From an uncultured Planctomycetia bacterium (GTDB lineage Bacteria > Omnitrophota > Gorgyraeia > 2-02-FULL-51-18), in the NCBI GenBank assembly GCA_964478015.1, contig CAYZGM010000004.1:1-52668 (forward strand): 52,668 bases of DNA, in the 5' to 3' direction. Position numbers and translations under genes: made by a program. Shown here one piece after another: positions 45,278 through 52,668 of the stretch. The first letter of the stretch is position 1, and each line of letters opens with the position of its first letter. A model generated the notes under the pieces. The model saw only the letters and a list, made by a program, of their open reading frames with translations. It was not told the DNA's origin and made no database searches.

Positions 45278-46369
45278 TCATTTTTCTTTGGTGTTCAAGA
45301 GTCTCTCGAATTCCACAAGGTCCAGGGATCGGAACATCGCTTCTTCCTTGTCCACCTTCCCCGACTTCACGAGATCCGTAAGACTCATGTTCAGTGTTCT
45401 CATGCCATCCTTTTGTCCCATTTGGATCGAGGAGTAGATCTGATGCGATTTTGACTCACGAATCAAATTACGAATCGCAGGGGTCGCAATCAGAATCTCG
45501 GGTGCCATGCAAAGCCCTCCGCCTTTTTTCGGTAAAAGTTGCTGCGAGATGATCGCCTGCAACACAAATGAAAGCTGCACCCGCACCTGCTGCTGCTGAT
45601 GCGACGGAAAAACGTCGATGATACGGTTCACGGATTGAACCGCATCCGGCGTGTGCAATGTTGCAAAGACTAAATGCCCTGTTTCCGCCACTGTGAGCGC
45701 GATCTCCATCGTTTCAAGGTCACGCATCTCGCCGATGAGGATCACATCAGGATCCTGCCGAAGCACGTGTTTTAGGGCTTGATTAAACGAATGCGTGTCC
45801 GAACCCACTTCACGCTGGCTGACTTTCGCTTTTTTATTCTTAAATAGAAATTCGATCGGGTCTTCCACCGTGACAATGTGGCACGAATTATTTGCGTTGA
45901 TATGATCGATCATCGCGGCCAGGGTCGTGGTTTTGCCGGAACCCGTCGGACCGGTCACCAGAACCAGTCCGCTCGGCCGGCTGACCAAGGCCTCCGCCAC
46001 ACGCGCCGGAAAACCGATCTCGTCAAAGTTCATCGGACTGAAAGGCAGCGCGCGGATAGCCGCGCCGATCGAGGACCGCTGATAAAAAAGGTTCACGCGA
46101 AAACGACCGATCCCCGTGATCCCGAACGAATAGTCGAGTTCCTTTTCCCGTTCGAACTGCTTGTATCGATCCTCAGGCAACGTCTCTTTTAACAACCGAT
46201 TCACATACTCGAACGAGAACGGCGTTGCAGAAAGATAAATGAGGTCTCCGTCGAGCCTCATCGCAGGGCACGTGCCGTCACCGATATGAAAATCGGATGC
46301 TTTGTTCTTCACAACATATTCGAGCCATCTCACCATGCTTGGTTCGCTTTCAGTCATCGGCTGAATCAT
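45278..46369 (-). CDS. pilT: type IV pilus retraction ATPase PilT
   Basis: 363 aa with Walker A GPTGSGKTTTLA and no tetracysteine motif. The PilT-type C-terminal region includes AIRNLIRE. Confidence 0.92.
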   Translation of the reverse strand: MIQPMTESEPSMVRWLEYVVKNKASDFHIGDGTCPAMRLDGDLIYLSATPFSFEYVNRLLKETLPEDRYKQFEREKELDYSFGITGIGRFRVNLFYQRSSIGAAIRALPFSPMNFDEIGFPARVAEALVSRPSGLVLVTGPTGSGKTTTLAAMIDHINANNSCHIVTVEDPIEFLFKNKKAKVSQREVGSDTHSFNQALKHVLRQDPDVILIGEMRDLETMEIALTVAETGHLVFATLHTPDAVQSVNRIIDVFPSHQQQQVRVQLSFVLQAIISQQLLPKKGGGLCMAPEILIATPAIRNLIRESKSHQIYSSIQMGQKDGMRTLNMSLTDLVKSGKVDKEEAMFRSLDLVEFERLLNTKEK

Positions 46370-46398
46370 AGGCCCCTTTCTACGTTTCGATGTGTTAT

Positions 46399-47253
46399 TT
46401 AGATGAATGCTTCCAATATTTTTCCAGCCGCAACCGCAGCCTTCATTCGGTTCTGCGCCTTCACATAAAGACTGTCTGCATCCACGCCGTCAATGGGATT
46501 CTCGCTAACTCCCGCGCAGACTTGAAAATCTTTCGATACTTCATGGCCGACTTTTTCCACGAGATCAATGCATTTTTTTTTATTTTTATCCGGAAAAATA
46601 ACGGCAAACTCACCGCGCCCGATGCGCGCGGCGCGGTCAAATTCGCGCATCTGCCCATTCAAAATATCCGCCATCCTCTTGAGGATTTGCTCCGCGGCTT
46701 CCTCTCCCCGCTTGGCCGCGATCTCCTCATAATTCTTGACCGTGATATAGACAAATGAACAGGGGCGTTGGTACTCAATCGCCCGCCGGATCTCTTCATT
46801 GAGACGCTCACGGATATAGGTCGCATTATAAAGGCCCGTCAGTTTGTCCTTTAACGAAAGCTTTTCCACTTTCTCCAAAAGCTCTTTGGCGTTCCGGGAT
46901 ATTTTTTTAAGACTTTGCGTCAGATCTTGAATCTCATCGGCAGAGGTGCCTACCTGGGCCTCTTCCTCCCAGCGGCCGGCGGCCATATTTTCAGCGGCTT
47001 CCTTTATCTGCACCAGAGGCATTAAAAGCTGCTTAATCACGATAAATCCAAGATAGGCCACCAAAATGCTGAAAAGCGCCACGAAGCTTGTGATAAAAAG
47101 ATGAGATTGCCCGCTCCCTGCATCCGAGCTCATGAAAACGGATATTAAATATGCCCCCGAAAGCATCGGGATCAGAGACATCAGGCAAAAACTAACCATC
47201 AAAACATACTTTAACTTGGTGGGCAGCATAGACTTCGTTGGTTTCTTAGACAC
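46399..47253 (-). CDS. membrane HAMP-GGDEF protein with a degenerate active site (GRGEF) and a retained RxxD I-site
   Basis: 284 aa with a GTG start, two TM segments and a HAMP-like linker. The GGDEF-domain start is DKLTGLYN. The signature reads REFD-RAARI-GRGEF, and the expected metal/substrate residues are replaced (FVYITVKNYEEIAAKRGEEAAE). Confidence 0.8.
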   Translation of the reverse strand: MSKKPTKSMLPTKLKYVLMVSFCLMSLIPMLSGAYLISVFMSSDAGSGQSHLFITSFVALFSILVAYLGFIVIKQLLMPLVQIKEAAENMAAGRWEEEAQVGTSADEIQDLTQSLKKISRNAKELLEKVEKLSLKDKLTGLYNATYIRERLNEEIRRAIEYQRPCSFVYITVKNYEEIAAKRGEEAAEQILKRMADILNGQMREFDRAARIGRGEFAVIFPDKNKKKCIDLVEKVGHEVSKDFQVCAGVSENPIDGVDADSLYVKAQNRMKAAVAAGKILEAFI

Positions 47254-47280
47254 TTAGTTTTGTCCTCTCTTGATTAAAAT

Positions 47281-47307
47281 AGTATACTATAAATTAAATA
47301 TAGTCAA
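47281..47307 (-). promoter_or_regulatory. candidate promoter for the GGDEF-pilT-pilB-pilC transcription unit
   Basis: Minus strand: TTGACT (47302-47307), 15 nt, TATACT (47281-47286), in the AT-rich 86-nt gap after rodA. Confidence 0.4.
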
Positions 47308-47339
47308 TAGTGATAACTAAAAAAGTTCTTAGGGAGGTC

Positions 47340-48434
47340 TTAGAAGAGCGAGCGGTGAACTTTAATGTTAAGGAGAAGCCCTATGGCCATCATGGTCATC
47401 AAAATGGATGTTCCGCCATAGCTTACCAGGGGCAGAGGGACGCCCACGACAGGCAAAACGCCCATCGTCATCCCCAAATTCATGAATGCCTGGAATGCCA
47501 GCATAGACGTTACGCCACAGGCCAACTGGCTTCCGAATCGGTCCGGCGTCTGAACCACAATCTCGTACCCTCGGCGGATAATCACCCAAAAAAGGACGAT
47601 CACAAGCATGGAGGCCAAAAACCCTCCCTCCTCCCCAATCACGCCAAAGATAAAATCCGTGTGCCTTTCCGGCAAAAACTTAAGTTGGTTCTGAGTGCCG
47701 CTCATGAATCCCTTGCCCAGGAACCCCCCCGAGCCAATCGCAATCTTGGACTGGATGATGGTGTACCCTGCGCCCAAAGGATCAAGATTTGGGTTGATAA
47801 AAACCAATAGGCGGGTTTGCTGATATTCTTTCAAAAAGTGGAAGAAAACGGGGCTAATCAACAACCCGATGCCAATGAGGATGAGAAAACCCCGGCGACT
47901 GAACCCCCAAACATAGAGCATCGTCAAAAAAATGGGGATAAGAATAAGCCCTGTTCCCAGATCCGGCTCTTTTAGAATAAGAAGAAACGGAACGCCCACA
48001 ATGAGAAATGGCGTAAGAAGTCTTCTGCGGGTCATAAACTCAGGCCGATGGTTGGAAAAGTAGCGTGCCAGAACCAGGATCACCGCGATCTTCGCCAATT
48101 CCGATGGCTGAAAATTAAAGCCGCCCAGGTCGATCCACCGGCGGGCGCCCAAACGTGCCGGCATGAAGAGGACGAGGACTAAAAAAAATAGACTTAAAAA
48201 ATAAAACGGCCAGGCCAAATCCATCAACCTAAAATAATTCCATCGAATGATCAAAAAAACTACCAGAATCGCCATCCCCATCCAGAGGAGCTGCCGCAAT
48301 GCGAGCGTGTCATTGAGAGATTGGTTGATTTTGTAGGACGCGCTGTAGACGCTCAGGAGTCCGATAACAAATATCGCGATGGGTGTAAAAAAAAGAAGTT
48401 TGTCGAACCGGTTGAAATTAATGCCTCGTCTCAT
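47340..48434 (-). CDS. rodA: peptidoglycan glycosyltransferase RodA (SEDS family)
   Basis: 364 aa, polytopic, with SEDS motifs (FQPSELAK, PERHTDFIF, GVPLPLVSYGGTS). Confidence 0.92.
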   Translation of the reverse strand: MRRGINFNRFDKLLFFTPIAIFVIGLLSVYSASYKINQSLNDTLALRQLLWMGMAILVVFLIIRWNYFRLMDLAWPFYFLSLFFLVLVLFMPARLGARRWIDLGGFNFQPSELAKIAVILVLARYFSNHRPEFMTRRRLLTPFLIVGVPFLLILKEPDLGTGLILIPIFLTMLYVWGFSRRGFLILIGIGLLISPVFFHFLKEYQQTRLLVFINPNLDPLGAGYTIIQSKIAIGSGGFLGKGFMSGTQNQLKFLPERHTDFIFGVIGEEGGFLASMLVIVLFWVIIRRGYEIVVQTPDRFGSQLACGVTSMLAFQAFMNLGMTMGVLPVVGVPLPLVSYGGTSILMTMMAIGLLLNIKVHRSLF

Positions 48435-50173
48435 AAATATCCCAGTTCCTTGAGCTTCATAAGCAGGCCATTCGACAGCTCCGCGGCCTCCACTCCTCCA
48501 TGACCGCCAAACTCGAGGAAGACGACGAATGCAATCTTGGGGTGGTCGGACGGAGCGTAACCCACGTACCAGGCATGCGTTTGGTCTTTTTGGGTTTCGG
48601 CGGACCCTGTTTTGCCCGCCACTTTGACGCCCTCGATCTGGGCCAGGCGCCCGGTGCCAGAGCTCGAGTTTACCACCTCCTCCAGACCCCTTTTCACGGC
48701 TTTCAGGAATTGCGGTGTGACCTGAAACTCGGAACGATGGCGAGTCGCCACATCGACGCCGCCGATATCTTCCACCAAATGCGGCCGAAGTTTCTCTCCG
48801 CCGGTGGCGATCGTTGCGATCATCCCGAGAGCCTGGAGCGGGGTCACCTGCAAATAACCCTGGCCGATGGAAAAATTAAGCGTGTCTCCGTCATACCACC
48901 CGGCGTGGAGCTTCTTCTGCTTCCATCCCCTGGAGGGCACCAACCCCGCCCGTTCTCCGGGCAGATCCACCCCGGTCACGAGGGAGTACCCCAACTCCAC
49001 TGCTTTCCGGTGGATCGCATCGGGGCCCGCCGCGAGGCCTGTCATATAAAAAAATACGTCGCAGGAATGCGCGTACGCCTCTGTCAACCCTTGGGGTCCA
49101 TGCCCTCCCTCTCTCCAACAGCGAAAACGTCTCCCGCCAACGATCGCAAAACCGGGACAGTTAAAAACAGAGGCTATCGTCGTTTTTCCATCCTCGAGCG
49201 ACGCAAGCGCTGTCACGATCTTGAATATCGAGCCTGGCGGGTACTGCCCCTGGATCGCGCGATTCAACAGGGGTGAAAGATCGTCCGTCAAATATTTTCC
49301 CACGTCCTTGCGGCCGCGAGCCGAAGCAAAAAGGTTTGGATCATAGGATGGGTAGCTGTTTAAACACAAAAGCCCCCCGTTCTGAAGTTCCATGACGGCC
49401 ACAGCCCCGCGCCGCCCTGAAAATTTTTTGTGCACATATTTTTGCAATTCGGCATCTACGGACAGCCGCAGATCGCGGCCCTCTTTTGGTTCCTTGACGC
49501 CCAGAACCTTTGAATAGTCGCCACGATTATTGACCTCCAGCTGCAAACCGCCCGAATACCCGCGCACATAACTTTCATAGCTTCTCTCCAACCCATCTCT
49601 TCCGATCCAATCGGAGGGACCGTACCCGCTGAATTCCAGCTCTTCATTTTCCTCGGTACTTTGAGGCCCGATAAAACCGACCAGATGCGCCGCTGCCTCC
49701 GCGTAAGGATAGGTTCGCAAAGGTTTGGTTTCGATCATAAGCCCCGGCATGAGGTGAAGCTGCTCCTCAACCGCGATCGCCTGCGGCAAAAGAATGTCTT
49801 CGGCCAAAACGATAGATTGGTAGGCACCTGCTTTCTTTTTTTCGTAGCGCGTTTCCAAGGTGCTCGATTTTTCCCCGAGAATGGCCGATAAGCGCTCAAA
49901 ACTTTTTTTAATCCTCGAGGGACGCTCGCGCAGCACCGCCGTGACATTGAAACTGAGACGGCTGCCCGCCAGTGATCTGCCATGGCGATCCCACATATTT
50001 CCGCGGGGCCCGTCAAGATTGATAAGACGCAAGCGATTTTTTTGTGAAAGACTTCTGTAATAATTACCCTCGATCACCTGCAACCGGATCAGGGTTAATG
50101 CCAAGAGAACAAATAAAGCGGAAGAAAACAAGGTTAGCCGTGCGCCGCGGCTTTCAGTCGTGGAATACGCCAT
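48431..50173 (-). CDS. mrdA: penicillin-binding protein 2 (elongasome transpeptidase)
   Basis: 580 aa with an N-terminal TM anchor, SxxK (GSIFK) and KTG (AGKTGSA). It overlaps rodA by 4 nt. Confidence 0.92.
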   Translation of the reverse strand: MAYSTTESRGARLTLFSSALFVLLALTLIRLQVIEGNYYRSLSQKNRLRLINLDGPRGNMWDRHGRSLAGSRLSFNVTAVLRERPSRIKKSFERLSAILGEKSSTLETRYEKKKAGAYQSIVLAEDILLPQAIAVEEQLHLMPGLMIETKPLRTYPYAEAAAHLVGFIGPQSTEENEELEFSGYGPSDWIGRDGLERSYESYVRGYSGGLQLEVNNRGDYSKVLGVKEPKEGRDLRLSVDAELQKYVHKKFSGRRGAVAVMELQNGGLLCLNSYPSYDPNLFASARGRKDVGKYLTDDLSPLLNRAIQGQYPPGSIFKIVTALASLEDGKTTIASVFNCPGFAIVGGRRFRCWREGGHGPQGLTEAYAHSCDVFFYMTGLAAGPDAIHRKAVELGYSLVTGVDLPGERAGLVPSRGWKQKKLHAGWYDGDTLNFSIGQGYLQVTPLQALGMIATIATGGEKLRPHLVEDIGGVDVATRHRSEFQVTPQFLKAVKRGLEEVVNSSSGTGRLAQIEGVKVAGKTGSAETQKDQTHAWYVGYAPSDHPKIAFVVFLEFGGHGGVEAAELSNGLLMKLKELGYL

Positions 50174-50185
50174 CGTTCGTCCTTT

Positions 50186-50704
50186 TTAGTCCGGAGCCGA
50201 GGAGTGACGGCGCCCGGAACCTGGTGTCCATTGGCGTAAACGGCTAAAAACCCAGGGGGAGCAAAACGCTGTTGCCCCGAGCGGCCATGGCGAAAAAGCC
50301 TCGGCCAGCAATCTTAGTCCGGCGCTCTCACCGGCCTGTGTCCGGACAACCCAAATCTCGGCGAGCGTCACGCTGTAGAGCACTACCGTCGGCAGAAGAA
50401 TCTGAGTCAAGAAGCTGTCCTGAAAAATTTTCTGGGAGATCACTCCGGAAATATACCCCGTCACGGCAAAGGAGGTCATCCAAAATCCTGGGGAACCCGT
50501 CCCAAAAAGATCCATCAAAAAACCTGCCCAAAGACCAAGAACAGCGCCGAACGATCGTCCCTCTGACAGGGCGTAGAACAAAACGCCGACCAAAACCAAT
50601 GCAGGCGCTTTGGAATAGTAAATATAGTTCAAACTGTTTTGTGCTAGAAAAAGTACCAAGATCCAAAAAAAAGCAAAGAGACGCACGCTAAACAAGGCAG
50701 GCAA
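50186..50704 (-). CDS. mreD: rod shape-determining protein MreD
   Basis: 172 aa, polytopic, positioned between mreC and mrdA and overlapping the mreC 3' end. Confidence 0.75.
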   Translation of the reverse strand: MPALFSVRLFAFFWILVLFLAQNSLNYIYYSKAPALVLVGVLFYALSEGRSFGAVLGLWAGFLMDLFGTGSPGFWMTSFAVTGYISGVISQKIFQDSFLTQILLPTVVLYSVTLAEIWVVRTQAGESAGLRLLAEAFSPWPLGATAFCSPWVFSRLRQWTPGSGRRHSSAPD

Positions 50705-51464
50705 CCTCTTCCACCCGACTAAGGTCCGTGAGCGGCTTCACTTCGGCAACCTGGTAGATCTGACCCGGCTCTCTCCAAATTTTGACAACCGTTCCAATCG
50801 CTATCCCTTTCGGGAAAAAACCTCCGACCCCCGCGCTTTCCACCATATCCCCGGGCACGATCTGGGCATCCACGGAAAGATACTTCAAGCGACATCCCCC
50901 GGAAGATGTTCCATACAAAATCCCCTGGTGACGGGTGCGTTGGATCAGAGCACCGATGCGTGAGTTTGGATCCGTCATGAGAAGGACCTTAGAAACTCCC
51001 GGCCCAACCTCGACAATTTTCCCTATCAGGGACGACCCCGAAAGAACGGGGCTGTTCAGCCGAAACCCATGCTGGGTCCCTTTCCCGATCAAAAAAATTC
51101 TGTTTCCGGTGGAGGGCGAACGCGCGATGACTCGGCCAAACAAGACTTTCCCCGTATCCACCGGTAGGATTCGGCGCAATCCCAAGAGTTGGTTTAAACG
51201 CTGATTTTCCAGGAGGAGTTCCTGGAATCGAAAGTCGCCCGTATCCCGCTGGCCGCCAGCGCGTTTTAGGCTGGCCAACTCTTCAGCATTTTGATGGAAA
51301 TACCAAAGATCCAGAAAAATCTGGGATAAATCTCTAGAAAATGTGATGGGCTCTTTCAGCAGGGAAACAACGGACGTTTTAACAAGAATTGTTTTGGATA
51401 GAGGCAGCAGAACCACGAGGGCAAGAAAAAAAACAACGCCAATAAAGGAACGGCTAGGTTTCAT
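50688..51464 (-). CDS. mreC: rod shape-determining protein MreC
   Basis: 258 aa with an N-terminal TM segment, a coiled coil (ENQRLNQLL) and beta-barrel domains (VLSGSSLIGKIVEVGPGVSKVLL, GDMVESAGVGGFFPKGIAIGTV). Confidence 0.85.
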   Translation of the reverse strand: MKPSRSFIGVVFFLALVVLLPLSKTILVKTSVVSLLKEPITFSRDLSQIFLDLWYFHQNAEELASLKRAGGQRDTGDFRFQELLLENQRLNQLLGLRRILPVDTGKVLFGRVIARSPSTGNRIFLIGKGTQHGFRLNSPVLSGSSLIGKIVEVGPGVSKVLLMTDPNSRIGALIQRTRHQGILYGTSSGGCRLKYLSVDAQIVPGDMVESAGVGGFFPKGIAIGTVVKIWREPGQIYQVAEVKPLTDLSRVEEVACLV

Positions 51465-51505
51465 TTAACGTTGGCCAAGTTCCCGTCGGGGACAAAAAGA
51501 CTGCG

Positions 51506-52579
51506 TTAGCTTTCGATAGTCCGACTGTTAGAGACCGTGACCCTCTTTAGGTAATGGATCTCGCTCAAGATTTTTCCGGTGCCGATCGCAACGGCCGTGA
51601 GAGGATTTTCCGCTAGATGCACCGGCAGGCCCGTCTCCTCTGAGATTAATTTATCAAGCCCGCGCAAAAGCGAGCTGCCGCCGGCCATCACGATGCCGCG
51701 ATCGATAAGATCGGCACAGAGTTCGGGTGGCGTGCGTTCAAGAGTTACGCGGATCGCTTCAATAATGTACTGGATGGGTTCGGCCAGAGACTCACGCACT
51801 TCTTCCGAGGTGATCTTTGCCATCTTCGGAAGACCCGAGACGAGATCACGACCGCGTATCTCCATGGACATCTCCTCATCCAGCGGATACGCGGAACCGA
51901 TTTTAATCTTGATCTCTTCCGCCGTTCTTTCGCCGATCATAAGATTGTAGGTTTTTTTCACATGCTCGATGATCGCGTCGTCCATCTCGTCCCCGCCGAT
52001 ACGAATGGAGCGCGAGAAGACAATCCCGGCAAGCGAGATCACCGCAATCTCCGCCGTACCGCCTCCAATGTCGATGATCATGCTGCCCGCGGGCTCTTGG
52101 ATAGGCAGTCCCACGCCGATCGCAGCCGCCATCGGCTCCTCTACGAGATAAACCTCGCGCGCACCGGCATGAAGTGCCGAGTCACGAACGGCTCTTTTTT
52201 CCACTTCCGTGATGCCTGAGGGGACCGCGATGACCATGCGGGGACGAACGAAACGTTTCCGATTATGGACCTTGTTGATGAAGTGCCGGAGCATGTACTC
52301 GGTGATCTCGAAATCTGCGATGACACCGTCTTTCATCGGACGGATCGCGACGATGGAACCCGGGGTGCGACCCAGCATTCGTTTGGCCTCATCTCCAAAC
52401 GCGAGCGGCTGGTTGGTGCCTTTGCGAATAGCGACGACCGAAGGTTCGCAGAGAACAATCCCCTGCCCTTTGACATTCACGAGTGTATTGGCCGTGCCCA
52501 GATCAATCCCCATGTCATTGGAGAAAAAACCAAGCACCCAGTCAGTCGCTTTTTGGAAATAATTTACGGATTCGGCCAA
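51506..52579 (-). CDS. mreB: rod shape-determining actin homologue MreB
   Basis: 357 aa with a TTG start. Motifs include [29 protein letters not shown] and [12 protein letters not shown]. Confidence 0.95.
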   Translation of the reverse strand: MAESVNYFQKATDWVLGFFSNDMGIDLGTANTLVNVKGQGIVLCEPSVVAIRKGTNQPLAFGDEAKRMLGRTPGSIVAIRPMKDGVIADFEITEYMLRHFINKVHNRKRFVRPRMVIAVPSGITEVEKRAVRDSALHAGAREVYLVEEPMAAAIGVGLPIQEPAGSMIIDIGGGTAEIAVISLAGIVFSRSIRIGGDEMDDAIIEHVKKTYNLMIGERTAEEIKIKIGSAYPLDEEMSMEIRGRDLVSGLPKMAKITSEEVRESLAEPIQYIIEAIRVTLERTPPELCADLIDRGIVMAGGSSLLRGLDKLISEETGLPVHLAENPLTAVAIGTGKILSEIHYLKRVTVSNSRTIES

Positions 52580-52614
52580 AAAATTCTCTTTTGGTTGACA
52601 TCAAATAAGGCTCG

Positions 52615-52643
52615 ATTATAACAACGCCCTTAGAGGGTGTCAA
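52615..52643 (-). promoter_or_regulatory. consensus sigma70 promoter of the mreBCD-mrdA-rodA operon
   Basis: Minus strand: TTGACA (52638-52643), 17 nt, TATAAT (52615-52620), about 35 nt upstream of the mreB start. Confidence 0.6.
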
Positions 52644-52668
52644 CCGTGTCCTCGGCAAAGGTCACGTC

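Overview
This 52.7-kb chromosomal window comes from a diderm (Gram-negative-type) bacterium, shown by Lnt, LptE-like, BamD-like and a PilQ secretin. It is strongly strand-biased: 42 of the 47 genes I can support lie on the minus strand. Left part: a phosphonate-biosynthesis pair (a PEP mutase fused to a nucleotidyltransferase, plus phosphonopyruvate decarboxylase), comEC, leuS, lnt, secA, prfB (with its programmed +1 frameshift), two small secreted proteins, a short uvrC, murJ, rpsT, holA, an lptE-like gene, a bamD-like gene, a short mfd and argS. Middle: rsfS-nadD-proA-proB-obg-rpmA-rplU-rng. Right part: a type IV pilus supercluster of about 16.5 kb, followed by rodA-mrdA-mreD-mreC-mreB. The pilus cluster holds pilQ-P-O-N-M, a divergent three-gene minor-pilin operon, a perfectly tandem-duplicated major pilin cassette, pilC, two tandem PilB-type ATPases, an orphan MshEN/T2SSE_N domain protein, pilT and a degenerate GGDEF membrane protein. 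I saw no rRNA, tRNA, CRISPR array, transposase or integrase. The most interesting material is the pilus locus: two extension motors share one platform, there are apparent c-di-GMP sensing modules, there are giant minor pilins, and the pilin unit is duplicated over 583 bp with 100% identity. Second-tier observations are short tandem and inverted oligomer repeats at gene junctions (prfB-secA, rplU-rpmA, rpmA-obg), promoters abutting start codons (possible leaderless mRNAs), an unexplained structured GC-rich spacer upstream of leuS, and domain-minimised Mfd and UvrC. All family assignments come from motif recognition by eye; no database search was run.
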